The translations under genes were made by a program, and so were the position numbers. A DNA stretch of 64,000 nucleotides, taken from positions 43,865,351 to 43,929,350 of the forward strand of contig NC_068986.1 of the NCBI RefSeq assembly GCF_001194135.2, read 5' to 3'. The DNA comes from Octopus bimaculoides (taxonomy: Eukaryota). How positions within the stretch are numbered: the stretch's first letter is position 1; each line of letters begins with the position of its first letter. Under the pieces are notes generated by a model. The model saw nothing but the letters and a program-made list of their open reading frames with translations, was not told the DNA's origin and ran no database searches. Positions 39,480-51,910 of the stretch are shown here, piece by piece.

Positions 39480-42290
39480 ATATTATAGGTATGTTTGAAA
39501 TAATTCAATTCTATTTTCCTTTTATCATTATATCTTAATAGTGATCTTCCAACAATTCGAGCACCATCATTAAGTTGACTGTACAGGAAACCCTTGGGTA
39601 AGCGTTTCTCACCTGAATTACATATCCTGCTCATCTAAATTGTTCAGAAATCTTGAAAAGATTAACGTTACAAATTTTGTTCTTCCATGCATACTCACAA
39701 GTTCTAAACAAGGAACAATTATGGAAAGTAGCCAATTGTTCTATATTGGACCCACTAGGAACTCTCTTACAGATTCATTAAGTAGAATAGACTACATACA
39801 ACTCGATACACATCATTTTTGGCTGGGGGAGGGGGGTCAGAGTATGACCTCTTTTGTTCCAGATACGATACAGTAACTTACAACAGGAGATATTTATTTT
39901 GGATATCCTATTTATGATCTCTTCATCCAAAAAAGTATTAGCATTAATTCTAGTACTAGGGAAAGATTTTTACATATCTGAAATCATAGCTATCCACTTT
40001 TATGTAATTTGGCTGGATGAGTTTTACTCTCTTTTTTTGCTAAGGGGTTAGCTTTCGTTGGTGAATTGCTTCTATTTCCTTTAAATTCATGGAATGATCA
40101 AAGATTTTAGAAGTATGCTATAAATGTTCAACAAATAATTGAGTTTCTTCAAAAGATTTTACTATACGAGCTGCATCATTATCAAATTGCATTTCAAGAA
40201 TATATTTTTCTCTATTCTATGTTTTTGCTTTTGCAATTAAACAATTTTCTGCTGCAACAAAATTCGAATATGATTCCCTTGTTAAATATTTTAAAAGTGT
40301 AATCAAAAATATCCGAGAAATAAAAAGCAAACACTACAGAATCCAAATTACATCTTTCTTTAGAATCATTACTGATTTCGAGAGATTCCGATGATTTTGC
40401 GCTCTAGGTCACTGCAGTTCTCATGCCATCGAGAAAAGAAATAATGATATTTAACAGGTTATCAGGTACTTTAAATTGCTTTTGTATTTGCCAAGATGGC
40501 TTTCATTTTACCATATTGAATGCCTTAGCAAGATTAAGAATAAACAATATACAATTCCTGACATCATTTATATCAGTACTCTCTCTACCAAGCCTTAAGC
40601 CACATTGAGATTCGGGGTATTCTTTTTACAGGATATGGCATCTATCTGTGTAGATAAGACGATCCAGAATTTTAACTGTGCCACAAAGAATGTAAACACC
40701 AAGATGTTATGTTTATCTTGAATTACTTTATTGCTTTTCTTTTTGAAAAGATGTTTGATGGAGGCATCGTTAAAGCCCTAGAGAACATGAGCGTTGTTCT
40801 AAATTAACGAAAAGTCTTAAAATAAGTTCCTCTTCAATCATTTGCTGCCATATTTAAAGGGTTCAAAAGTAGGTAGTCCTAAAGAAGAAATTTCTTAAAC
40901 ACTTGTCGTGTTGTTGCATGAATTTCATTTAGCTAAGCTTTTTATGCGGATTGTACTATTTCTGGTCTTTGTGGAATTTGTGAAAGAATATCCTAGTTAA
41001 TTGATGAATCACTGTCCGAAATAGTTTTAAAGTGCTCCCGCCTTAGTGAAATCTCATTTTTTTTTTTTCACTTACCAGCTTTGTCTCATCTGTAATAGTG
41101 ACAGGAGATAAACCACATATATGTGGTCCCTAAATCTTTTTAAAACTTTCATAGAATGCCTTTATATATTTCCTATCTGTTTCAGATTGAATCACAATTT
41201 GTTTTTGGTGCCCACAATGTTTTTTCATACTTCTTAAAGGTGACTTTTGCACAGGTCTTTTTACGTTTTCTTTTTTTTTTTTCTTTTTTTGCTCTTAGTA
41301 TTTTTCCTCTGATATCTAATTCTTCTCTGCAATGTGCATTTTATCTAAAGGAGTCTTGTCTTCAAGGTTGTTCTCCACGAACCAATCCTATTGTTTACGA
41401 TAGAAGCAATCAGTATTTCCAAGAAAATAGATTATGGTACTTCTTTGATACTTCTCCGCCATCCTTTGACATTTTTCCGTTATATTGACAAAGTTACGTC
41501 TAATTCATCTAAGAGCTCACGTTCCTTATCCTCACACTTGAGTGACTTGACATTTATATATTTAAAAGCTTTGATATCTTTATGTTGTCTGAACATTTTG
41601 AAAGATATTTTGTAGTGCAACAAATTGATCGAACAGCTACCATGTAGCATGGAATAAATAAGTGAAAAAACATCTTTTCTATCTTGCTTTCTAATCAATG
41701 AAATACTGGATCTAATTTATTTTATGTGTATTTTTGTATTTTGTTGCCGTATTAGTGTGTTTGTGGCAGACAGGTCAAATTCATTACAAAAAACAACAGG
41801 CGTAGCCCATTAGTTTTCATTATGCCTACACTGCGCTTACCAGTTAGACTAGACCAAGTATCAGAAATGAATCCTAGCTCGACAATAAAGTCACTTATTA
41901 GCAGTGTAATATCATTATGATGAACTTTGGAGATGACAGGACGTACAAAAATAATTCTCAAATAATATCCAGTCCGTAGCCTCCATCCAAGACAAAGCAG
42001 GTTTTTTGCAGATAAACCATGCTTCCGTCGAACTTCTTGTTCTAGCTACTAAATTTGACTAACCAGTTAAATGCAGCAATCTAAAAGCCAGAAAATTAGT
42101 ATGTAATTTTTAGAGCTCCTTATATTCTCGTATTCGTTCGACGAAAGCAGTGCTATATTTGCAGTGACACACTTCGTCATCGATGGAGGACATGGACTGG
42201 ATAAATACTCGTAATTATTTTTATAACAGATTTGCCAGTGCAAGGTTCTAACGAAGGACTCGTAGTAGTGTCAGCAACCTGTTCTTATCT
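39480..42290 (-). mobile_element. Degenerate RTE-clade LINE covering endonuclease to RT C-terminus
   Basis: Minus-strand remnants in order: FVRTL; LISDFIVELG..GIMKTNGLRLLFF (APE); PESQCG-like; NIIISFLDGM; KRLPKGFLYSQLNDGARIVGRSLLRYND. Many stops and frameshifts; boundaries approximate. Confidence 0.7.
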
Positions 42291-42869
42291 CTATCTTCCC
42301 ATCCTCAATATGCTCGTTTACAAATGAATTTTTAAAAAGTCTTAAATGCACAAATGTATTTGAAATGCTTTAAATGAACGAATGTTTTTAAAATGTATTA
42401 AATGTGCAGAGTATTAAAATTTATTTTTAAGTACAAATGCTGCATTAAAATGTTGTAACAGGGTGAATATATTCCACAGATATGTATACATTTGAAATAA
42501 TTCTCAAATAGAATCATTCTTGAATAACAGGAACAGACCATCCGACGGATTTCCACAGTTTCCGTCTGCCTAATTTAACTCAAAAGATTCTGATCGATCC
42601 GAGTATATGGTAGAGACGCTTGTCGAAGCCCAAGATGTTACGCAATGGAATCGAACCCAAGACTTCATCGTTGCGAAGTAAACGAACTTCTCAACTTAAA
42701 CTACCTCTAAAATATGTGTATGTATGTATTCATGTGCTTATATGTGTTTACATGCGTGTGTATGGTTATGTGCGTGTGCATTCTTGCGTACGTGCGTGAA
42801 TGCGTGTCTTTGGGGTGGGGTGTAACATGTTCAGGCCAGTCGGAAATTAATATTATATTCAAGTGGAGA

Positions 42870-43296
42870 GCAGCGAGCTGGCAGAAACATTAGCACGCCG
42901 GGCGAAATGCTTAGCAGTATTTCGTCTGCCGCTACGTTCTGAGTTCAAATTCCGCCGAGGTCGACTTTGCCTTTCATCCTTTCGAGGTCGAATAAATAAG
43001 TACCAGTTATATATAATCGACTTAATCCATTTGTCTGTCTTTGTTTGTCCCCTCTGTGTGTAGCCCCTTGTGGGTAGTAAAGAAATAAGAAACGTTAACA
43101 CGCCGCGCGAAATGCTTAGCAGCAATTCGTCTGTCTTTAACGTTCTAAGTTTAAATTCCACCCAGATCCGATTTGCCTTTCATCCTTTCGGATCGATAAA
43201 ATAAGTACCAGCCAAGCACTAGGGTGAGGTCGATATAATTAACTTACCCCCTCCCCCGAACTTTCTGGCTCAATGCCAAAATTTGAAACCAATATT
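42870..43296 (+). mobile_element. Two SINE family A copies in direct tandem
   Basis: A full copy at 42870-43090 nearly matches 2777-3005. A second copy starts immediately at AACGTTAACACGCCGCGCGAAATGC. Confidence 0.85.
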
Positions 43297-44060
43297 ATGT
43301 TTTAGAGTGCAATACACATTTTGACAGAAATTTTCGTTTTTCTTAATCTTTACATTTTTTAAATATTTTTGTCTTATGTGTATGTAATGCTGCGTGCAAA
43401 TCCATATCTTTTTTACATAAATAATTGATATTTGTCACTTTGCTGCAATCATAGTTGAGATCATATCATTTTCAGTTGTTGTTGTTTTTTGTTTGTTCTT
43501 TTACTTCCCTGTCTCTGATGTAATTTCGGTTGATACGTTCTAAACATACAAATATAATTATATGCCTCTGTTCAATTATAATATTTGTTTTCCCTATCTC
43601 AGTTGATTTCCATAAAGCTAAGATTTCGTGTGAAGAGAAATAGCAGAGTACATTGTATGAACCAAATTAACAAATAATACGATTTCAAAATAAGAATACA
43701 TAAACGGTGCCGGTATAGTATGTGATCTACATTAGTTCAAATGGTATAGCTTGTGATCCACACCGACTTTTTGATCTATATTTAAAATTCATCCATTTAC
43801 TCGACTTTTAGTCCCGAGCCCATTGACAGAAGTCGTGATGAGAGCAAAGGAATTTTACACACGGGTTATTCGAGATGAAGAAGTCACAGTATTCATGTTT
43901 CTAGTATGAAATAAAAATCAATAAAAATCTTTCTTTTTCTAAATGCTTAACTCACTCCTCTAATTATAATTGCAAATTTATAACAAAATTATGAATGTAG
44001 ATCAGAAGCTAGTCCAGATTTAAGTTGTTGTAGATCACAATGGCATGTAGACCACATGCT

Positions 44061-44450
44061 GTTGTTGTTGGCACTCCGTCGCTTACGACGTCGAAGGTTC
44101 CAGTTGATCCGATCAACGGAACAGCTTGCTCGTGAATTTAACTGCAAGTGGCTGAGCACTGCACAAACACGTGTACCCTTAACGTAGTTCTCGGGGATAT
44201 TCGGCATGAAACACAGTGTGACAAGGCTGGCCCCTTTGAATTACAGGTACAACAAAAACAGGAAGAAAGAGTGAGAGAAAGTTATGGTGAAAGAGTACAG
44301 CAGGGTTCGCCACCATCCCCTGCCGGAGCCTCGTGGATCTTTAGGTATTTTCGCTCAATAAACACTCACAACGTCCGGTCTGGAAATCGAAACCGCGATC
44401 CTATGACCGCGAGTCCGCTGCCCTAACCACTGGGCCATTGCGCCTCCACA
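44061..44450 (-). mobile_element. Full-length SINE family B copy (tRNA-Arg-like head, (AAC)n tail)
   Basis: Reverse complement GGCGCAATGGCCCAGTGGTTAGGGCAGCGGACTCGCGGTC..GGTTTCGATTTCC. TSD GAC/TCACATGCT at 44050-44060 and 44451-44461. Confidence 0.85.
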
Positions 44451-44869
44451 GATCACATGCTACACCGGCACCAAATAAACCTATCTTAGACCAATTACAC
44501 AACATAACAGTTTATCAGTATTTAGTTTAAAAACACCGAAGATAATTCCACGCTGTTATTCATACCCAATAGCCTTCTTGTGCTAAGTAATGTATAATTC
44601 ACGAAATGGAATGGACCATTTTTTGCCGAGAGGAAGAAGAGACATTTAGAGTTTGTAACAGACAACGTTGAACTTGTAGTTTTCTTCACGGTAACATAGC
44701 CTATTCTCCTTTTGGATTCGTTTTTTTTTTTTTTGGTCATTTTGCCTTTTTTTTTTTAGTGTCTGCTTTAAAGTAACAAAGATCCAAGTTACTAAGAAAC
44801 TCCGTTTAAACTGACAATTTTCTTGTTTGATTTTGTAATCATACATTATACATAGAAAATGGTTTATTT

Positions 44870-45285
44870 CTATCACGCCTGGCAAAATTTTTAGCGGCAT
44901 TTCGTCTGTCTTTGCGTTCTGAGTTCAAATTCCACCGAGGTCGACTTTGCTTTCATCCTTTTGAGTTGATAAAATAAGTACCAGTTGAACGCTGAAGTGG
45001 ATGTAATCGACTTACCCACCCGTCTCCAAAATTGCTGGTCTTATGTCAACTGTAGAAAGGAATGTTACCAAAGACGGTAAGGGGAATCGTTAACGCCCCG
45101 GGCAAAATATTTAGCGGCATTTCATTCATCTATATGTTCTGAGTTCAAATTCCACCCAGGTCGACTTTACCTATCATCCTTTCGGAGTTGATAAAATAAG
45201 TTCAGTTGAATACTGGGGTCGATGTAATCGACTTAACCCCTTCCTGAAATAGCTGACCATGTATCAAAATTTGAAAACCAATATT
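44870..45285 (+). mobile_element. Two adjacent SINE family A copies
   Basis: Twice TTAGCGGCATTTC..GTTCTGAGTTCAAATTCCAC..GTCGACTTT..GATAAAATAAG..GATGTAATCGACTT. Confidence 0.8.
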
Positions 45286-45802
45286 ACTATAAATGTTTTT
45301 AAATTTCTATGTAAAGCTAAATCGACAAATTTATGAGGAAAGTGTCAATAGCGTTATAGAGTAGCATTGTATAATTGATTAGCATAAATCGAAAATTCTG
45401 TTTCCTTAAAAGACATTCCTAATATCTTCCAGCTTCCATATAATTTTCATATTTGTATAAACAAGTTAATTTTCAAAATAGATATATAAACCATAGGGTT
45501 CAACACTACTGTTTCGTTGACAGGTCGTGCTTTTTCTTTGTTTTACTCGGTTTTTGTTTCTTCAGTTGCTCTCAATTTCTGGCAAATATCAAGATATTGC
45601 CAAACTACAACAAATGCCACTGGAACATCAACTCTTTGTTATTCAAATCCAAAAAGAAGAGAGGCTTAATTTATGGCAAAATATATATTCCTGTACAAAA
45701 AGACTTGATCCACCAACAAAAAACCAATACCAACACAACTACCTTCAGACATTTTAATTTCTTGTGTAACGTGAAAATGGAGTTTTTTTCCCCTTTTTCG
45801 TA

Positions 45803-46820
45803 CGTGGCTGTGTGGTAAGAAGTTTGCTTCCAAACATAAGTTCCAGTTTCAGTCCCAATATTTGGCCCCTGACAGACCAAAAGACTTGTGAGTGGATTTT
45901 GTAGACAGAAATACTCTGATTGTTATTTCCAGCAAGGGCTCTGACAAAAGTAGCATTAATTTTCTTAGGTCGTTCAATTTACCTTAATTGATCAATAGAC
46001 CAACTGGGTAAACCTATCAGGAATGCACCTATGATGACTACTGGAAACAGCTGTAAGCCAAATTTGATCTAATAAGGGAATTATATGTAATGACCCTTAT
46101 TTTTAACTTGTTTCTTATATGTGTGTGTATGTATACATATACATATATATATACATATATTCATACATACATACATATATGTGTGTATATATNNNNNNNN
46201 NNNNNNNNNNNNNNNNNNNNNNNNTATATATATATATATATATATATATGAATCGATGAATGGATTTATATATGGGTGTGTCTGTGTGTGTGTCTTTATA
46301 TTTGTGTATGTCCTCCACCACGCTGGACAACCAGTGTTGGCTAATTTACGTCCCTGTAACTCAACGCTTCAGCAAAAAGGGACCAAATGAAATAATAAAC
46401 CAGGCTTTAACGAAAACAGGTACTGGAGTTGATTTGTTCGACTAAACCACTGGTTCCCAAACTTTTTCGAGCTGCCGCCTCCTCGACACCCAACCCACAT
46501 TCCTAGCGCTCCCACCCAACTAACCAATCCAAACATAGACCTTTTTCTGAAGCAAATTCAAAGCAACTGTATTTCAGAAATAAAACTTAATGAACTCATT
46601 ATTTTCTTGTTTTAACATGAATCGCTACCCCATTATCGCCCTACATATTACATAAATTTCTACCCCATTATCACCCCACTTTTTTTCAATGCCCCTTTTG
46701 AACTTTCCACTACCCTCAGGGGGGTAATACCACCCACTTTGGGAACCAATGGACTAAACCCTTGGATGTGGTGCTCCAGCATGGACAAAGTCCATTGACT
46801 GAAACAAGTTAGAGATAAAA
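45803..46820 (+). mobile_element. SINE family D copy split by an unrelated insert, a gap and a hAT MITE
   Basis: Head CGTGGCTGTGTGGTAAGAAGTTTGCTTCC at 45803. Body resumes at about 46310. Tail GGTGCTCCAGCATGG..GACTGAAACAAG follows 46760. Confidence 0.75.
46448..46751. mobile_element. hAT (Charlie-type) MITE
   Basis: TIRs CACTGGTTCCCAAA and TTTGGGAACCAATG (1 mismatch). Perfect 8-bp TSD GACTAAAC at 46440-46447 and 46752-46759. Confidence 0.9.
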
Positions 46821-47116
46821 CATAATTAAAAATGCAATGTGAAAATTCTAAATTTTTACGTGCTGAACGTTTCGCTAGAATATCATTTTAAAATATCATT
46901 GCTTTCATCTGAATTGTTATATTTAAATAATTCTGCACATAAAAACACTTCTTCACTAAAGGTTGTTGTTTCACCGTAGATCATCCCTGTTCCAAGTAGC
47001 CTAGTAATCGTTCCCTCTGTGGCTATCCCATCTTTTTTCAGGTAGTATATCTACGACTGATCATTCCTTATTCAATGTAACCTGCCTTTTATATGACGGT
47101 AAGATATGATTTTTTA

Positions 47117-47717
47117 CCCTTTGCCTGTCTTGTGTATAATAATAAGAAATTCTTATTATACACGCGTGGATTCGTGGTTAGGGGCATTCGGCTCGCGATC
47201 GTAAGGTCGTGAGTTCAATTACTGGCTGCGCATTGTGTCCTTGAGCAAAACACTTTATTTCACACCGCTCCAGTCTACTCAGCTGGCGAAAATGAGTTGT
47301 ACCTGTTTTTCAAAGGGGCCAACCTTGTTACATTCTGTGTCACACTGAATCTACTTGAGAACTACATTAAGGGTACGCGTGTGGGGGGGAATGCTCAACT
47401 ACTTGCACGTTAATTTCATGAGCAAGCTGTTCCGTTGATCGGATCGACTGGAACCCGTGTCGTCATAATCCATGGAGTGCCAGTACTGTGTACTGTCCTG
47501 TATATCACAAGTTATACACAGGACATATTTCTGTGACATTCATGCATCATATATGATACACATTCTCAATTCTCCTTGACCATTAGAGTAACTTGGGACT
47601 TATGAAAGCAAAGCTTTGTATTACTCAGAACGTATGAGACAAGGGCTAACTTAAACTCAGAAAACAAGCATAGGCATTTAGGACAAACTTATGAAAATAC
47701 TTAGGACATGCAAAGGG
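47117..47717. mobile_element. piggyBac-type MITE containing a nested SINE
   Basis: TIRs CCCTTTGCCTGTCTT and (reverse complement) CCCTTTGCATGTCCT. Flanks are TTTA (47113-47116) and TTAA (47718-47721). Confidence 0.65.
47163..47485 (+). mobile_element. SINE family B copy
   Basis: GTGGTTAGGGGCATTCGGCTCGCGATCGTAAGGTCGTGAGTTCAATT head and CORE-like body; ends GGAGTGCCAGT. Confidence 0.8.
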
Positions 47718-48000
47718 TTAAAGAGATTTGATAGTATTATTTTCTGTGGGGAACGACCATATAGAAGCTTTCTTCTTGTCACGTATATAAAATTGTTTTG
47801 TTGTTTGCAGTTATGCCCGTCGCTAAGGAGGTGCACTGGACAGCACTGCCCCATCGCTATTCAGTGGTGCACCCTCAGACTTACAGTGAGACACTTATCT
47901 TGAAATTCCTCTTTGGCTTTATTACAAATTAGTGCCCACTCAGAATATTCTGAAGCACCTCCAAGCACCAAAGTCCGGTAACGTGTCTGCTTGCGGTATC

Positions 48001-48441
48001 TTTTATCTTTTATTTTTTACTTGTTTCACTCATTAGAGTGCAGCCATGCTGGAGCACCGCCTTGAAGGGTTTTAGTCGAACAAATCGACTCAGGACTTAT
48101 TTTTTAAAACTTAGTACTTATTCTATCCGTCTTTTTTGACGAACCGCTAGGTTACAGGAACGTAAACACAACACCGGTTGTCAAGCGGTGGTGGAGGAAC
48201 AAACACACATACACACGCACATACACACGCACACACACATACACACACACACATAGATATATGTATACACGTATATGTACATATATACTGCAGGCTTCTT
48301 TCAGTTTCCGTCAACTAAATCCACTCACAAAGCTTTGGTCGGCCCGAGGCTATAGTAGAAGACACTTGCCCAAGGTCGCATGCTATGGGACTGAACCCGG
48401 AACCATGTGGTTGAGAAGCAAGCTTCTTACCACACAGCCAC
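48001..48441 (-). mobile_element. SINE family D copy
   Basis: Near-collinear with 57741-58162, including the internal (CA)n and AAGCTTCTTACCACACAGCCAC end. Confidence 0.85.
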
Positions 48442-48948
48442 ACCATATACGTACCTGCGACTACATTTGTTCAATGTATCCTTCCTTTTATATGACAGTA
48501 ATGCGATTTTTAAAGAGATTTGGTTGTATTCCTAGCCTGAACGACTATATAGAGGTTTTCTTGTTGTCTCGTATATAAAATTGTTTTGTTGCTTAACTAT
48601 ATAATCAGTTTCGAATATTTACTTCCATAATTTCACTTCGGGTTAAAAACAACTGAGTATTTCTAGATTGTTTACAATTTGACGAAAGATTGCTAAACTG
48701 AAGTGGGTGAGAAATCAAAAGACAGAATTCCCATTCTTTGACAAGCAAGCGCATACTTCCTTTAATATCTGAGTTTAACCTCTGAATTGCTTTAGAGCAA
48801 GGTTAATTATGTTGGCATGTGCATGATTAATTATTTTAGACTGATGTGGATTATGTAAATATTCTCAAATTAAAAAAGTGAAGAAGTACCAAGCTTAAAT
48901 TGCAAAATATTGTTTCCATAATTTTTGTTATTCTGTCCTTGTGGCATT

Positions 48949-49216
48949 CTCTCTCTCTCTCTTCCTCTCTCTCCCTCTCTCTCTCTCCCTCTCTCTATCT
49001 CTCTATCTCTCTCTCTCTCTCTATCTATCTATCTCTCTCTCTTTGTCTCTCTTTCTTTCTCTCCCTCTCTCTTTCTTTCTCTCTCTCTCGCTCTCGCTCT
49101 CTCTCTCTCTCGCTCTCCCTCTCTCTCACTCTCGCTCTCTCCTTCTCTTTATCTCTCTCCTTATCTTTATCCCCCTCCCTCTCTCCCCTCTCCCTTCTCT
49201 CTCTTTTTCTCTCTCT
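48949..49216. repeat. Degenerate (CT)n polypyrimidine tract
   Basis: About 270 nt of almost pure C/T on the plus strand. Confidence 0.95.
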
Positions 49217-49468
49217 CGAAGACCCTTGTGTCAAAGAGAAAAAGAGAGTAAGTAGTTTGAGGAAGAGGGAAATAAAAAAAAAGTAGTTTGGAAAAGAGTT
49301 AACTGTTAATTCTAGGATGTCGAGCGGCTACACAGAGCATCCTTCATTGTTCGGTTCCCTCGTTGGCTCATCCCTCCTCTAGCCACTATTATGATACTGG
49401 TCATTGTACTTCGAAAGCCAGAAAAAAAAACACCAACAAAGTTATTTGTACAAACATATATTTGAGAA

Positions 49469-49482
49469 GTTACCATGGTAAC
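49469..49482. promoter_or_regulatory. Perfect palindromic RFX X-box GTTACCATGGTAAC
   Basis: Exact 14-bp palindrome in apparently unique sequence. Consensus donor CGG|GTAAGT lies at 49520/49521. Confidence 0.55.
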
Positions 49483-50869
49483 CAAGTGATTCCGAGTTCA
49501 AACCCTTGCTCACATATCGGGTAAGTGTCCTCTTCTGCAATCTCGAGTTTACTAAATATCTTTCTAAATGAAGTTGCACGGATGCCCGTCGTAGATGTTT
49601 GTCTATGCCCTGCACTTGCTTTTCTTGGACTCTAGTCGCTATGACGAATGAGGGCTCAGCAAGACACGGCTGCACAGTACTCTTAATTAAGAGTACTCTT
49701 AACTAATGCTTTACGTAGTTTAACATGTTTCTGGCCATCGATTAAGAAATTTGTAAGAAGTTTCTATAAAACTAGCTTTTAAACATCGGATAGTCATGGT
49801 GGTCCACCAGGGTAAAATAGTAATCAAAGGAGCCCATGGGTAAACAAAAAATGGATGAGAACCACAGCACTAAACAATAAAGGAAAACACCTTCATGGAA
49901 CTACCAAAAAATTTCATCGCATGACATTTATATTGCAGTGGTACGGCCTTAACATCTGATCCCTCAAATATCTAATTTTGCAAGAAGACAAACGAAATCA
50001 TGAACGCGCCTTATAACTTAGTTAAGATTACAGATCACAACTAAACTGCTTTTCCATCTTGTATTTAATGTAAAGATCGTGTGTAGTTCCAACTGTACTG
50101 GATCGGTGAAATAGCACGTTCTCGTTTGACTGATTACCTATACACCACAGCTGTAGTCACTTATTCGTTTAAGCGTAGATTATTTTTAGCTTTACCCTTG
50201 AAAACATTTTTGTTATGTCGTTAAAAAATTCTCTCATAGAACTTATGTACTTTGAACATCAGAAATTCAGAATCTGCTAAAAGTAATCTAGAGTTTTAAA
50301 AACATGGCATATAAAAAGCACTTCAAAAAACATTCTAAAGATCCAATGCTATATGAATGTACTTATATATTACTTACATAAAGAGTATGAATACCTTGTA
50401 ACAGATGTTTTAGTTTTCAAAACAATGGACATAATTTGTATTCAATAATGCATATTAGTATTGTAATTTTCACGTTCTAAAAATATGAAATGTTATTTTG
50501 TTGGGCTTTTAGTTTATTCATTTTATTGAGGGTAAAAATCTAATTACAAATGCAAATAATGCAAATAAAATATATTTATACATGGAATGCCTTTTTATAC
50601 AACAAAAATAAACATTTTGCATTTATAAAAGCACACATATTTACATATTTCAAAACTAGACAGCAACTCTAAATCACCTAATCCTCATAAGTTGCTTATT
50701 AACAAAAAAAAAATAAAGAAAATATATCTTATAGATTCTGAATTCCAGAATACAAATCATACAAATGCATAATTCAAAAAGAAAACTGTCATGCGATTTT
50801 GTAAATAAAGAAAAATAGAATTTAACTCTTTGCTTATACATTACAATCTTATTTACATACACTACATGT

Positions 50870-50901
<32 letters not shown>

Positions 50902-51153
50902 TAGCCCCAGCTCATCTCTGTTCAAGCAGGCCTATATCCAGAGATATTACAGAGATCATTATCCCAGTATTTTGTATATCAGGGACTACATTACTCATGT
51001 CCTTTCAGTTTTAAGACAGTAGAGTATAATTTAAGGGAGATTTAGCCCTTACAGGTCGAACAGTGGATTTCATCCATTTTTTTACCCATGGATCCCTTTG
51101 ATTACTATTTAACTTTGGTGTACTCCCATAGCCATCCGATGTTTAAGCAGCTA

Positions 51154-51198
51154 CTCTGTGTTGATGAAGAGCAATAACTCTGAAACTAGTCCACAGAG
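51154..51198 (+). ncRNA. Minimal type I hammerhead ribozyme motif (C3U variant)
   Basis: CTCTGTG-TTGATGA-AGAG-CAATAA-CTCT-GAAA-CTAG-TC-CACAGAG. It has a 7-bp stem I, a 4-bp stem II, palindromic stem III ACTAGT and a GUC cleavage triplet ending at 51191. Confidence 0.75.
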
Positions 51199-51659
51199 GT
51201 TGTTTTGTGCTGGGCGGGAATGTTGAATTACCGATTCGAAAATATAAGGATACAGATAATGTGTCGTATAGCCAGCTAGGAACGATGTTTCTTGGGGCTA
51301 ATAAACAGTAACAACGTCCCTTCCTGGACAGCCATATTACGTTGGCAATTAAATTTTAGTTTATAAAAATAGTTTTATAGAAACTTTTTTTTTAATTCTG
51401 AATCGGTGGCCGGAAACAGGTTAAACTATGTAAAACATTAGAGAAAGAAATTTAGCTGTTTCTTGCAAAATATTTTCATTGGATGCTTAAAATACTACTG
51501 TAAATCCCAAATTTACTATTTTGCTTGCGTGAGCTCCTCAAAATCTTACATGGACCTCCCAGGTATCATATGGACTCCGGTTAAGAAACACTGACGTAGA
51601 AACTCTTTCGTTGGGTCGGATATTTCATAGTGCTGATGATTAGGTAAAAAAAAAAAGTA

Positions 51660-51910
51660 AAGAAGTTACCTTCTCGAGTCATGCTGACTCACAATGGCTG
51701 GTTTCCTGGTTTCTATGGCATAAATTCCCCACTTGGACGGGTCGTCTGTCCGTCGCAGGAGCACTCATTTTTGCCATCTGAATAGACTGGAGGAACGTAA
51801 AATGACGTGTTTTGCTCAAGAACATAACGCGTCGCCCCGTCCAGGAACGGAAACTACAATCTTACGATCATGAGTCCAATACCCTAGCCATTAAGCCATG
51901 TGCCTCCACC
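51660..51910 (-). mobile_element. tRNA-derived SINE with CORE-like body
   Basis: Reverse complement GTGGAGGCACATGGCTTAATGGCTAGGGTATTGGACTCATGATCGTAAG head and TGTTCTTGAGCAAAACAC..CTCCAGTCTATTCAG body. Confidence 0.75.
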
